From an uncultured Solirubrobacterales bacterium (lineage in GTDB: Bacteria > Actinomycetota > Thermoleophilia > Solirubrobacterales > Solirubrobacteraceae): a stretch of 64,000 nucleotides of DNA. A model generated the notes under the pieces. The model was not told the origin of the DNA and ran no database searches. It worked only from the letters and a program-made list of their open reading frames with translations. This document shows positions 49,536 through 61,829 of this stretch, in pieces. The stretch spans positions 70,829 to 134,828 of the forward strand of contig CAVVGU010000002.1 in the NCBI GenBank assembly GCA_963747875.1. The letters are read 5' to 3'. Positions within the stretch are counted from its first letter, which is position 1. Each line of letters opens with the position of its first letter. Made by a program: the position numbers and the translations under genes.

Positions 49536-50497
49536 CAGCCCCCGCTCCCCGTCGAGGCCAGCTGGGCTTCGGCGGAGCCGCCGCCGCCCGCGGGGGCCGA
49601 TTTTCCGGGGGGCAGGCTTTCAGCGATGCGGCTCGCCTGGGCCTGCGCCGAGGCCGTCGTGTAGGTGAGCACCTGCACGTTTTCCAAGCCGTGCAGGTTC
49701 GCCAGCGGGCTCACTTCCACCGATTTGTACGGGCCTTCTTCGCCTACCGAGCTGACCTGGCCGATGCCGATACCCCGTGGGTACAGCGATTCTCCCGGTC
49801 CCGCGATCGTGCCCGACGTGACCACGTAGTCGCCCACGTTCACCGAGGTGTTCGCCGGTAGGTACTCCATCACCAGGGTGCTCGGGTCGCCCACCTTCGG
49901 CAGCACCATCCCCGGCGCGCCCGTGCGATTGATCATCGCCGTGACCGCCATCGAGCTGTCCGTGATCAGGCTCACCTGCGCCCCATCCGGGTCCGCCGTC
50001 GTGACCCTCCCGACCAGGCCTTCCCCGTCGATCACCGGGTCGTTGACCTGCACGCCCGCTCCGGTCCCCTTGTCGATGTCCACCGTCGAGTACCACAGGT
50101 TCGGGCTCTGCCCGAACACCGTCGCGTTCACCGGGCGGTAGGCCGAGATCCCCAGGCCGCGATCGAGGTTGGCGAGCTGCAGCAACCGTTTGTGCGTCCG
50201 TTCTTCGCCTTCTCGTGCGATCAGATCGGCCTGCAGCCGGTCGTAGCGCTTGCGCAGCTCGCTGAGGCGGCTTTTCGCGTGCAGCGTGTTCCCAAACCAC
50301 CCGAACAGGTTGCGCACCGGTTTCAGTGCCGCGTTCGCGCCCTCCTGGATCGGCGAGACGACCGTCAGGAAACCACGCTGCACCGAGTGCAGGCGTCCAC
50401 TCTGGGCCTCGCCAAAGTAGGCAGTCAGCAGGATCAGTGAGAGCGCCACGAGGACGACGAGCACAGCTCGCCGCCGCCTGGCCGTCTTGTCGGACAC
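49535..50497 (-). CDS. mreC: rod shape-determining protein MreC
   Basis: An N-terminal TM segment, a coiled-coil (LSELRKRYDRLQADL) and beta-rich domains (GLVGRVTTA..., VVTSG) are present, directly downstream of mreB. Confidence 0.8.
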   Translation of the reverse strand: MSDKTARRRRAVLVVLVALSLILLTAYFGEAQSGRLHSVQRGFLTVVSPIQEGANAALKPVRNLFGWFGNTLHAKSRLSELRKRYDRLQADLIAREGEERTHKRLLQLANLDRGLGISAYRPVNATVFGQSPNLWYSTVDIDKGTGAGVQVNDPVIDGEGLVGRVTTADPDGAQVSLITDSSMAVTAMINRTGAPGMVLPKVGDPSTLVMEYLPANTSVNVGDYVVTSGTIAGPGESLYPRGIGIGQVSSVGEEGPYKSVEVSPLANLHGLENVQVLTYTTASAQAQASRIAESLPPGKSAPAGGGGSAEAQLASTGSGG

Positions 50498-50576
50498 GCG
50501 GGGGGACCCTTCCGGAGCTTTTTGTCAAAGAGTACGCGCCGCCCCCCCGCCGCCGCGGCGCCGTAGCTCACGTCCA

Positions 50577-51782
<1,206 letters not shown>

Positions 51783-51835
51783 TCATCCGTCTACGAACGC
51801 CGCGCGGCGCCGCAGGCGCCTATCCTCTCTGAAGC

Positions 51836-52414
51836 TCAGTGCCCAAGCAGCTCTGGGCACATGTCCAGCAGGATTGCCAGCGGCAGCCCCACCACATTCT
51901 CGTAGTCCCCCCGCACCGCCCGCACGAGCGCCGCCCCAGCGCCCTGGATCGCGTAGCCGCCGGCCCGCCCACGCCACTCGCCAGTGCCAACGTACCAATC
52001 GATCAACCGCTCGTCGAGCGGGCGGAATGTGACCTCCGTGGCGGCCAGCGCCGTGCGCTCCCGCCCGCCCGCAAGCAGCGCCACGCCGCTCATGACCGTG
52101 TGCGTCGCGCCGCTCAGCGCGCCCAACGTCTCCCGCGCATGGCGCTCGTCCGCCGGCTTGCCGTAGATCCCCCCCTCGAGCGCCACCAGTGTGTCGACGC
52201 CCAACACCGTCGCCCGAGCGTCCACATCCGCCACCGCGCGCGCCTTGCGCAGGGCGTTCTCCACCGCCACCTCCGTCGGGTCCCCCGCGTCCAGCTCCGC
52301 TATGTCCGCCGGACACACCGTGAACGCAACACCCACACGCTCGAGGATCGCCCGGCGCTGGGGCGAGCGCGAGGCGAGGACCAGCGCCGGTATACCTCCC
52401 ACTCCCTGTGTCAT
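51836..52414 (-). CDS. maf: Maf-like nucleotide pyrophosphatase
   Basis: LVLASRSPQRRAILERVGVAF and GAYAIQG-type motifs (GGYAIQGAGAALV) are present. Confidence 0.8.
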   Translation of the reverse strand: MTQGVGGIPALVLASRSPQRRAILERVGVAFTVCPADIAELDAGDPTEVAVENALRKARAVADVDARATVLGVDTLVALEGGIYGKPADERHARETLGALSGATHTVMSGVALLAGGRERTALAATEVTFRPLDERLIDWYVGTGEWRGRAGGYAIQGAGAALVRAVRGDYENVVGLPLAILLDMCPELLGH

Positions 52415-52480
52415 GGCTCCTCGCGCCCTGCAGCTCTCCCTATCTCGCTCGCTCTCTCTCTCTGGGCCCCCGGCGCTCCG

Positions 52481-52888
52481 TCAACTCAGCTCCCCGAAGA
52501 ACAGCGCCGTCTCGCGCGCCGCCGACTCTGGCGAGTCCGAGCCGTGCACCAGGTTCTGGCCCGTCTCGATCGCGAAGTCACCCCGGATCGAGCCCGTTGC
52601 GGCCTCCAGCGGGTTTGTCGCCCCGATCGCCTGCCGCGCCGCCCGCACCGCGTCCGTGCCCTCCAACACCATCGCCACCAGCGGGCCCGACGTGATGAAC
52701 TCCACCAACTCCCCGAAGAACGGCCGCTCCGCGTGCTCCGCGTAGTGGCGTTCCGCCAGCTCCCGCCCCATCGTCATCTGGCGCAGCGCCACAATGCGCA
52801 GGCCCTTGCGCTCGAAGCGAGCGATGATCTCACCCGTCAACGAGCGGGCGAAGGCGTCCGGCTTCACGAGGATAAGCGTACGGTCCAT
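52481..52888 (-). CDS. ndk: nucleoside diphosphate kinase
   Basis: Contains [13 protein letters not shown] and the active-site NLVHGSDS. Confidence 0.95.
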   Translation of the reverse strand: MDRTLILVKPDAFARSLTGEIIARFERKGLRIVALRQMTMGRELAERHYAEHAERPFFGELVEFITSGPLVAMVLEGTDAVRAARQAIGATNPLEAATGSIRGDFAIETGQNLVHGSDSPESAARETALFFGELS

Positions 52889-53023
52889 GGGTTCCTTTAC
52901 GGTCGGGATTTACGGTCGGGATTGCTCAGGGTCGCGCTCTGCGGCCCCGTATTCAGGGCCGCAGCCCTCGTACTCCGGTCGCGATCGGATGAGCATCGCC
53001 CACTGCCTCCGTGGGGCAGCACA

Positions 53024-53695
53024 CTAAACGAGGTCTTCGGTGCGTTCGCTGCCCGCCCGCGGACGACCGACCGGAGAGCGCCCACCACGGTCCGTGCCGC
53101 GTGCGCGCGACGCCGGCTCCGGAGCCGCACCCGCCGTCCGACTGTCCTCGGGTGCCACCACCGCCACCCCTTCCGCCTCGGGCTCCTCCGTCGCCGTGCT
53201 CCGACGGCGACTGCGACGGCGCGACGGGGCCATCTCCGGGGGGACGTCCGTCTCGCAGTACGGGCAGATCGTCCACGCCCTGTCCAACGGCTTCCCGCAG
53301 CTCCCACAGCGCTCCTTCAGCTTGCGCAGACAGCTCGGGCAGCGGATGAAATCGCGCTCCACCGGGTAGTCGCAGTGCGGACACAGGCCCTGCTCCTGAC
53401 CCCGCAGCCGCGCTTCCGCAGCCCGCACCTCCAGTTCACGCTCATGCACATCCTCCAAGTACTCCGGCGGGCGCAGGATGATGTACACCAGCGTCCCCAC
53501 AAACGGGATCATCGACGCCACCACCGCGCACCCCACCAACATCGGGTCCAGGATCCGTCGCCGTGCGTCCCCGTAGGTCCAGTAGATCAGCGAGAAGTAC
53601 AGCACCACCGCAAACACGATCAACAGGTCGATCACCAGGTTGAACGCGTTGCTTTCGATTCCAAAGTACGCAACGGGCGGCATCGCTCGCCTCAC
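53024..53695 (-). CDS. membrane protein with PLDc_N-like N-terminal domain and double zinc ribbon
   Basis: Two TM helices flank IYWTYGDARRR. Two CxxC pairs appear twice (CPHCDYP...CPSC and CGSCGKP...CPYC). Confidence 0.6.
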   Translation of the reverse strand: MRRAMPPVAYFGIESNAFNLVIDLLIVFAVVLYFSLIYWTYGDARRRILDPMLVGCAVVASMIPFVGTLVYIILRPPEYLEDVHERELEVRAAEARLRGQEQGLCPHCDYPVERDFIRCPSCLRKLKERCGSCGKPLDRAWTICPYCETDVPPEMAPSRRRSRRRSTATEEPEAEGVAVVAPEDSRTAGAAPEPASRARGTDRGGRSPVGRPRAGSERTEDLV

Positions 53696-53849
53696 ACGGG
53701 TCCCGGGACGGACATAGGGTGGCGGAGTTTAGTCGCTCCCGCGCGAGAACCCGCAATTTGCACGCAAAACGCCACCCCACCCACGCTCCCGCGAGCGCCC
53801 CCGCACGAGCGCTCCCCAATCCCTCGGGAGCTCAACGATCGCCCGCCGC

Positions 53850-53966
53850 TCACAGGAACAGCCTCCCCACCGCGTAGCCCCCCGCGAAGAACACCAGGAT
53901 CACCAGCGCCACAATCAGCGCCACCGCCCCCACCATCGCGAGCACCGAAGGACCCTCCTCGTTCAC
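53850..53966 (-). CDS. putative 38-aa single-TM membrane peptide translationally coupled to folC
   Basis: The GTG at 53966 overlaps the folC TGA (GTGA), and GGAGGGAGG lies just upstream. The product is VNEEGPSVLAMVGAVALIVALVILVFFAGGYAVGRLFL. There is no homology evidence. Confidence 0.4.
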   Translation of the reverse strand: MNEEGPSVLAMVGAVALIVALVILVFFAGGYAVGRLFL

Positions 53967-55270
53967 GCCTCCCTCCGTCCCACGTGCGATGAGTGCGTCA
54001 CCCCTCCCAGTATGTCGCCCACGAGGTAGATCGAACCCGTCGCGAGCACCACCGCCGGCTCTGACCCGCAACCCTGCGCCAAAGCCCACTCCTGCGCCAA
54101 TTGCACCGCCCGCCGTGGTTGGGGCTCGCAGACCGCCCGCTCGAAGCCCATCTGGCGCGCCAGCGACTGCAGCGCCGCCGGTGAGAGCGCCCGGCTGCTC
54201 GGCGGAGCCGTGAACCACGCCCGCGCGCACCGCGGCAGCAGCGTCGTCAACATGCTCGCCGCATCCTTGTCCTCCAACACCCCCATCACCAGCCCTAGCT
54301 CCCGATCTCCGACCAGCTCGGGCAGCGACTCCACGAGCGCGCCGACCGCATCCGGGTTGTGAGCCCCGTCGAGTACCGTCAGCGGCTCCTCCGAGAACAC
54401 CTGCAGGCGACCCGGCACCGTCGCCGCCAGCGCCGCCTCACGGACCGCGTCCTCGCGCAGCGCAATCCCCACGCTCGCCAGATACGCCTCCGCCGCCGCC
54501 CGGGCCAGGGCGAAATTGCGTCGCTGAAAGGCCACCGACAGCGGCACGCCCGCCACCTCCTCGGCGGTGACCTGGACGATCCGCGCCCCACACTCCGTCG
54601 CCACTCCCCCCGCCACCTCCAGCGCCTCCGCGTGCAGATCCGCCCCCAGCGCCAGCGTCGTGCCCGCCCGCAGCACCGCCAGCTTCTCCGCCGCGATATC
54701 CCGCACCGTTGGGCCCAGCCAGCGCGTGTGCTCCAAGCCCACGTTCGTCAGCGCCGTCACCGTCGACTCCACCACCGCCGTCGCGTCGTAGCGGCCCCCC
54801 AGGCCCGCCTCCACCGCCGCCACCTCCACGCCCCGCTCCGCCAGCGTCCACAACGCCGCCGCCGTCAGCAGTTCGAACTGCGTCACATGGTCATCCTCCG
54901 CAAGCGTCCGGTTCACCCGTTCCGCCGCCCACGCCGCGCGCGCCACCGCCGCCGCAAACGCCGAGCTCGAAAGGTCCCGCTCGCGCACCTGCACCCGTTC
55001 GGTGTAGGACACCAAGTGCGGCGAGAGATACGCCCCCGTACGCAGGCCATGACGCTCCAGGATCGCCGCCACCATGCGTGTCGTCGATGTCTTGCCGTTG
55101 GTCCCCACCACGTGCACCGCGCGCAGGCGCCGTTGCGGCGAACCCAGCACGGTCATCATCCGCCGCATCCGGTCCAACCCAAAGCGCATCCCAAACAGCT
55201 CCAGCGAGCGCAAGTGGCGCTCCGCCCGCTCCCCACTCCACGCGCGCTCCTCGCCGCGACGCGCGTTCAC
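53963..55270 (-). CDS. folC: folylpolyglutamate synthase / dihydrofolate synthase
   Basis: Contains the Mur-ligase P-loop VVGTNGKTSTTRM, in the folC-ndk context. The start is set at GTG 55270 (GGAGG 5 nt upstream). The 572-aa track ORF runs into the upstream gene. Confidence 0.85.
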   Translation of the reverse strand: MNARRGEERAWSGERAERHLRSLELFGMRFGLDRMRRMMTVLGSPQRRLRAVHVVGTNGKTSTTRMVAAILERHGLRTGAYLSPHLVSYTERVQVRERDLSSSAFAAAVARAAWAAERVNRTLAEDDHVTQFELLTAAALWTLAERGVEVAAVEAGLGGRYDATAVVESTVTALTNVGLEHTRWLGPTVRDIAAEKLAVLRAGTTLALGADLHAEALEVAGGVATECGARIVQVTAEEVAGVPLSVAFQRRNFALARAAAEAYLASVGIALREDAVREAALAATVPGRLQVFSEEPLTVLDGAHNPDAVGALVESLPELVGDRELGLVMGVLEDKDAASMLTTLLPRCARAWFTAPPSSRALSPAALQSLARQMGFERAVCEPQPRRAVQLAQEWALAQGCGSEPAVVLATGSIYLVGDILGGVTHSSHVGRREA

Positions 55271-55367
55271 AGCGCCTCCGATTGTCGCGAGCCCGTGCGG
55301 TGCTTGCCCATTGAGCTGAGTGTAGGGGCCGCAACGGCCGTCTTTAGAAGTCGGCGGCGCCCGCGCG

Positions 55368-55997
55368 TCAGTTCGCGAGGCCGCCCAGGTAGGCGTAGGG
55401 GTGCAGCAGTTTCCAGTACTCCAAGCCGTTGCCCTCCGCCAGGATCTCGCTGCCCTCCGGGGCCTCCACGCGAATCCGCTCCGCGAGCGCCTTCGCGTCA
55501 TCCTCGTCGTTGGCCCCCACCAGCAGGTGTCGCCAGCGCTGGTTGACCGGGATGCCCTCCTCGCGCAGGCGCTCCGCGAATGCCCGCGCGTCGTGGTGCG
55601 TGGGCAGCGTGACCCGCACCTCCCATTCCGCGTGGCCCGCGTGCAGCGACTCTTCGGTCTCGAGCTCCTCCAGGCGCGCATGCTCGGTCGCGCGCTCGGT
55701 CTCCGTCGCCGGCAACGGCTGCGCAGCGTCCTCCCAGCGCTCCTCCAGCGGATGCCAGCGCGAGAGCACCACCTCGCCCTTCAGGCCGCGACCCGCCATC
55801 GCCTCCTGCGCCATCTCCCGCCCCCGTTGGGCCGCCTCCAACGAGTCCGCGTACATGAAGATGTGGTGCCCCTCGTGCGTCACGGCAAACCGCGGCAACT
55901 CCCGGTTCGCGCCGTCGCTCAACTTGACCGTCTTCAGTGCGTCGAGCAGCTCGCCCGGCGCCTGCACCTCGACCTGCACGCGAAACTCATCGTGCAT
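55368..55997 (-). CDS. hypothetical acidic protein with two similar halves
   Basis: A clean ORF with host-like codon usage. I recognise no motif. Confidence 0.6.
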   Translation of the reverse strand: MHDEFRVQVEVQAPGELLDALKTVKLSDGANRELPRFAVTHEGHHIFMYADSLEAAQRGREMAQEAMAGRGLKGEVVLSRWHPLEERWEDAAQPLPATETERATEHARLEELETEESLHAGHAEWEVRVTLPTHHDARAFAERLREEGIPVNQRWRHLLVGANDEDDAKALAERIRVEAPEGSEILAEGNGLEYWKLLHPYAYLGGLAN

Positions 55998-56076
55998 CGC
56001 TGGCTACTGTCCTCTCGACTCGGGCACGGCCGTGGATGGTAGCGGCGCTCCCCCCACCGCGGCGCGCCCGGTGCGG

Positions 56077-56179
56077 CGCCGACACCGGACACCAGGCCCC
56101 CAGCGCCGCCACCGGACACTGGGCGCGCCGCCACCAGACACCAGGCTCCCAGCGTCGCCACCGGACGCCAGGCCCCACG
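56077..56179. repeat. four imperfect ~25-nt tandem repeats in the clpX-downstream spacer
   Basis: The units are cgccgacaccggacaccaggcccccag, cgccgccaccggacactgggcgcg, ccgccaccagacaccaggctcccag and cgtcgccaccggacgccaggccccacg. Confidence 0.7.
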
Positions 56180-56185
56180 GGAGCG

Positions 56186-57484
<1,299 letters not shown>

Positions 57485-57520
57485 GTTTTCTACCTCAACG
57501 CGCCCGCAGTCCCTGAGCTT

Positions 57521-58105
57521 TCAGTGCTCAGAGATGACGCGGTCGATGATTCCGTACTCCTTCGCCTCCTCCGAGCTCATGAAGTAGTCCCGCTCGGTGT
57601 CCCTACCAACCTGCTCCAGCTCTTTGCCCGTGTGCTTGGCGATGATCTCATCCAAGCGCTGGCGCACATCGATGATCTCTTTGGCGTGGATCTCGATGTC
57701 GGTCGCCTGCCCCTGGAAGCTCGAGGAGACCTGATGGATCAGGATCTTCGCGTTGGGCAGCGCCATGCGCTTGCCTTTCGCTCCCCCCGCCAGCAGCAGC
57801 GCGCCCATCGACATCGCGATCCCCACGCAGATCGTCTGCACGTCCGGCTTGATGAACTGCATCGTGTCGTAGATCGCAAGGCCCGCATAGACCGAGCCCC
57901 CCGGTGAGTTGACGTACAGCGAGACATCCTTCTCCGGGTCCTCCGACTCCAGATGCAACAGCTGAGCGACCACCAGGTTCGCGATCTGATCGTCCACCGG
58001 GGTCCCCAGGAAGATGATTCGCTCGTTCAGCAGGCGGCTGTAGATGTCGAACGCACGCTCTCCGCGAGAGGTCTGCTCGACGACCATCGGTACAAGTGGG
58101 CTCAT
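57521..58105 (-). CDS. clpP: ATP-dependent Clp protease proteolytic subunit
   Basis: Contains [12 protein letters not shown], the active-site Ser context GIAMSMGA, and IHQ. Confidence 0.95.
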   Translation of the reverse strand: MSPLVPMVVEQTSRGERAFDIYSRLLNERIIFLGTPVDDQIANLVVAQLLHLESEDPEKDVSLYVNSPGGSVYAGLAIYDTMQFIKPDVQTICVGIAMSMGALLLAGGAKGKRMALPNAKILIHQVSSSFQGQATDIEIHAKEIIDVRQRLDEIIAKHTGKELEQVGRDTERDYFMSSEEAKEYGIIDRVISEH

Positions 58106-58163
58106 AGTCCTCGCTTCTGTTTCGCCTCGCCGACCGGATTCCTTCCACGCCTCACCATAGAGG

Positions 58164-59606
58164 CTACCGATCCGGCGTCCACAGACCGCTCCCCGCGGCG
58201 GCCTCGCTCTGCGTCTGATCCTCTAGTGCGCGCTCCGCGCGCTCCTTCTCGGGCGTCCACAGCTGCTCGCGCGCACGCGCCTGCTCGATCGGGATCGGCT
58301 TTGCCGCCGTCGCGATCAGCTCCATCGCCTCACGCGCCGCGAGATCCTCACGCACCTCATCCAAGCGCCCCGCCTCGCGCAGACGTCCCAGCAGTTGCTC
58401 CGGTGGCGTCTCCTCGCGCTCGGCCGCCGGACGGATCGCCTCCAGCAGCTCCTGCTCGCCCGGCTCGATCTCCTCCGCCGCCACCACCGCCGTGAGCACC
58501 GCCTCCCTGCGCAGCGCCCGCTCCGCCGCCGGGGCGGTGTCGGCGAGGATCTCCTCCTCGCCTCGGCCCGTGAGCTGCAGGTAGGTCTCACGGGAGATCC
58601 CCTGGTGTGAGAGAGAGTGCAGCACCCGCTCCCACATCTCCTGCGCACGCGCCTGAATCAGCCCCGTCGGCACCTCTACCGTCGCCTGCTCCACCGCCGC
58701 GTCCAACGCCGCTTCGCGGAAGACTCCCTCCAACCGTCGCTCCTCCACCTCGAGCAGGCGTCCATGGATGTCATCGCGCAACTGCGCCAGCGTGTCGAAG
58801 CCGGTGTCGATCGCCAGGTCGTCGTCGAGCGCCGGCAGCTCCTTGCGCTTGACCTGCTTGATCGTCACCTCGAACACCGCCTCGCGGTCGGCGAGCTCCG
58901 CGCGGTCATAGTCACCCGGGAATCGCAACTCGATTGTGCGGCTCTCCCCCGCGGCACCCCCCGCGAGTCCCTCTTCCAGGCCCTCGATCAAGTTGCCCGC
59001 GCCCAGCTCCACCAGCTGGTCGCGCCCCTCCCCCTCCGCGAGCGGCTCACGTTCGCCGGACTCCCCCACCAGCGCCCCCACGTAGTCGATCACCACGAAG
59101 TCACCCGTGCCCGCCGCCCGCTCCACCGTCTCCAGGCGCGCCAAGCGCTCGCGCAAGCCATCCAGCTCACGCTGCACCGCCTCCTCCTCCACCTCCGGCT
59201 CGGCGCGAGGAACCTCGAGGCCCCGGTACTCGCCAAGGGTCGCCTGTGGGAGCACGCCGATCTCGAAAAAGAACTCCAGAGACTCCCCCCGCGGGGGGAG
59301 CTCGCCGAGGTCCACCTTGGGGTCTCCCACCGGAACGATCCCGCTGCTCTCCAGCGCATCCACGTACCAGCTGCTCAACGTGTCGCGCACCGCCTCCTCC
59401 AGCACCGCCTCGCGACCAATCCGCTGGATCACCAGTGGAGCTGGAACCTTGCCGCGGCGAAAGCCCGGCAGTTTCAGCTCCCGGCCCAGCTCGAGCGCCT
59501 TGCCTTCGATACTCCGCTCGACCTCGCTCGCAGGTACCTGCACCTGCACCCGCACCCGCGACTCGGGCAGCTCCGTGATGGTGGTCGAGAGGGCGTCGCT
59601 CGGCAT
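58164..59606 (-). CDS. tig: trigger factor
   Basis: The start is set at ATG 59606 ([20 protein letters not shown]). The ribosome-binding motif context GFRRGKVP is present. The tig-clpP-clpX order is the usual one. Confidence 0.9.
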   Translation of the reverse strand: MPSDALSTTITELPESRVRVQVQVPASEVERSIEGKALELGRELKLPGFRRGKVPAPLVIQRIGREAVLEEAVRDTLSSWYVDALESSGIVPVGDPKVDLGELPPRGESLEFFFEIGVLPQATLGEYRGLEVPRAEPEVEEEAVQRELDGLRERLARLETVERAAGTGDFVVIDYVGALVGESGEREPLAEGEGRDQLVELGAGNLIEGLEEGLAGGAAGESRTIELRFPGDYDRAELADREAVFEVTIKQVKRKELPALDDDLAIDTGFDTLAQLRDDIHGRLLEVEERRLEGVFREAALDAAVEQATVEVPTGLIQARAQEMWERVLHSLSHQGISRETYLQLTGRGEEEILADTAPAAERALRREAVLTAVVAAEEIEPGEQELLEAIRPAAEREETPPEQLLGRLREAGRLDEVREDLAAREAMELIATAAKPIPIEQARAREQLWTPEKERAERALEDQTQSEAAAGSGLWTPDR

Positions 59607-59890
59607 GAGCTCGCCACGATACCGTGCTACCCCATGCGCGCGACGCGACGGTTTGAGACGTGGCTGTGGACCGGACCAGTCGGGCACCTCCTCGGCGTCG
59701 GCCTGGATTTCACGCAGGCGCTAGTGCGCTATCTGCTTGCACGTCGCGCCAGCCGATCCCCGCTACGTTGAGGTCCGCCCGACGAGGCCCTATCCGACGA
59801 TCTCCGGTACGACGGCAATTGGCTTGAGTCGAGCCATCGCAGCATTTCGCATGGCCCACGGATTGGGCCACGTCCCGAGGATGGAAAATA

Positions 59891-59931
59891 GCGGCGCCCG
59901 CCGGGAGCGGGGGGCAACGAGCGGGCGCCGC
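59891..59931 (-). terminator. candidate intrinsic terminator downstream of the USP gene
   Basis: An 11-bp GC stem (gcggcgcccgc / gcgggcgccgc) is followed on the minus strand by TATTTTCC. Confidence 0.35.
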
Positions 59932-59967
59932 CGGAAAGGGTATCCAACCGAGGTGCGTCGCGCCCCT

Positions 59968-60672
59968 TTAGGCGACCGTCGCGTGGGCCGGGACCCCGAA
60001 CGTCAGGGCTACGCCACGCGGCAGCACCAGCACCGCCCCGGCATCGTCCTCGACCAGGTTCAATGCCGCTGCGCTGAGCGCTACCTGGCCCTGCCCCGCC
60101 TCCGGGCGGGAGCCGAGCACCAGCAGATCGGCGTCGTGGCCTCGCTCCGCAGCGACCACGCTCGCCCCGAACACGCCCGCGAGCGCGTCCGCCGTGCTGC
60201 GTGCACTGGTATCCGTCGGGTCCTCCAGAGCCGCGATGCGGCCCACGGCATCCCCTGCGAGCTCCGCCAGGCCCGCACCCGCAATCGCGATCGCGAAGCG
60301 TCCCCCGTCCAGCAGGCGCTGGGCCGAGTTGCCCACCGTCACATGGCGAGGCGCCGTGTGGGAGTCCGAGCAGAACACGATCACATCGGCCTGCTCGCGC
60401 TCGGCCAGAGCGCGCAGCCCCTCAGGCGTCGAGCGGTCTGAGACCACATGAAGGGCCGCTTCAGAGTCCCCGAGCAGCGCCGCGCCGCGCTCCAGCAGCT
60501 CCCGCGCCTCATGCTGAGCGAGAACCTCGCGCTCCGGCTCCGGCTCCTGTGTGTGACGTACATAAGCAAGCGCAACCTCCGCGCCCGCGCGTGCGAACAG
60601 GCGGCCCAACGCCACCGCGTCGTCCTCATTGTTCGTGCCGTCGTAAGAAACGATGATCTTGATGGCTGACAT
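59968..60672 (-). CDS. universal stress protein family protein
   Basis: The start is set at ATG 60672 (MSAIKIIVSYDG, AGGAGA upstream). The layout is Usp-like (IIVSYDG...ADVIVFCS...LVLGS). Confidence 0.7.
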   Translation of the reverse strand: MSAIKIIVSYDGTNNEDDAVALGRLFARAGAEVALAYVRHTQEPEPEREVLAQHEARELLERGAALLGDSEAALHVVSDRSTPEGLRALAEREQADVIVFCSDSHTAPRHVTVGNSAQRLLDGGRFAIAIAGAGLAELAGDAVGRIAALEDPTDTSARSTADALAGVFGASVVAAERGHDADLLVLGSRPEAGQGQVALSAAALNLVEDDAGAVLVLPRGVALTFGVPAHATVA

Positions 60673-60773
60673 GGCCTCTATCTCCTGTGTCGTCAATAAC
60701 CGATGCTCTCAGCTTGCCAACTCTCTGCCATCAGTGCAAGTAAAGTTTATGATAGATGCGATAAGCTGTACTT

Positions 60774-61715
60774 ATGCTAAGCGTCGCTCGTCTACGGGTC
60801 CTCAGGGAGGTCGCGTCGCGGGGCTCGTTCTCCGCTGCCGCCGAGGCGCTCTCCTACACCCAGTCCGCCGTCTCGCAGCAGATCGCCGCACTGGAGGCCC
60901 AGACCGGCGTGATGCTCCTCGAACGTCGCCCGCGCGGGGTCCGTCTGACGGGGGCGGGCCAGACGCTCGTGGAGCACGCCGAGGGAATCCTCGCGCGCCT
61001 CGACGCCGCCGAGGAGGAGCTCGCAGCGATCGCGGGCCTGCGCGGAGGTGAACTGAGGATGGCCTCCTTCCCCACCGCGGGCTCCACCCTCATGCCCCTC
61101 GCCATCGCGCGCTTCCGCGCCAGCTACCCCGAGGTCGAGCTGACCCTCGCGGAGGGCGAACCCGAGCAGATCGCTCCCCGGCTGCACGCCGGCGAGTTCG
61201 ATCTCGCCCTCCTGTTCGAGTTCGACGGCGCCGAGGAGCCCGCAAGCCTCAAGCGGGTGAAGCTGCTGGAGGATCCCATGTACCTTGCGCTCCCCCATGG
61301 GCACCCGCTGGCGCACAAGTCCACGCTGCGCCTGGAGGATCTGCGCGGCGAGGCGTGGGTACAGACCTCACGGTCGAGCACCTGCGCCCGACACGTTGTG
61401 CGCTGCTGCCACGCCGCGGGCTTCGAGCCCAACGTCTCCTTCGAGAGCGACGACTACCAGACCGTCCAGGGACTCGTCGCCGCGGGTGTTGGCGTGGCCC
61501 TGATCCCCGAGCTTGCCCTCTCCGTCGTACGCGAGGACATCGTCGTGCGAGCCCTCTCCCCCGGTCCGCCCGTGCGCACCGTGATCGCTGCCCTGCCCGG
61601 CAGTGTGGGCGCTCACACACGTATGATTCCCGCCGCATCCGCGATGCTGCGGATCCTCGAAGAGGCCGCCGCCACGCACGATCGGCCCCTCGGGACCGAG
61701 CACGCGGCAGCTTGA
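60774..61715 (+). CDS. LysR-family transcriptional regulator
   Basis: The N-terminal HTH LRVLREVASRGSFSAAAEALSYTQSAVSQQIAALE is followed by a LysR substrate-binding domain. The gene is divergent from the USP gene. Confidence 0.9.
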   Translation: MLSVARLRVLREVASRGSFSAAAEALSYTQSAVSQQIAALEAQTGVMLLERRPRGVRLTGAGQTLVEHAEGILARLDAAEEELAAIAGLRGGELRMASFPTAGSTLMPLAIARFRASYPEVELTLAEGEPEQIAPRLHAGEFDLALLFEFDGAEEPASLKRVKLLEDPMYLALPHGHPLAHKSTLRLEDLRGEAWVQTSRSSTCARHVVRCCHAAGFEPNVSFESDDYQTVQGLVAAGVGVALIPELALSVVREDIVVRALSPGPPVRTVIAALPGSVGAHTRMIPAASAMLRILEEAAATHDRPLGTEHAAA

Positions 61716-61829
61716 GCCCTGCGTCGAAGGCCGCCGCCCCGCCGGGCGCGTGCCGCACGCTCCTGCCAGCGAGCGACCCCGACGCACGATAAGACGGGCA
61801 ATCCGATCAGCGCACGAGTACGGCGACCT

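Noticed and set aside
52452-52463. The (CT)6 tract between ndk and maf as a second phase-variation repeat
   Set aside because: It is short and single-copy. On the gene strand it is simply a purine-rich stretch near the maf ribosome-binding region, and no paralogous copies exist for comparing its length.
59688-59967. A tRNA or other RNA gene in the tig-USP spacer
   Set aside because: I could not draw a cloverleaf with a conserved T-loop or D-loop. The only clear structure is a GC hairpin with a T-tract, which fits a terminator for the USP gene.
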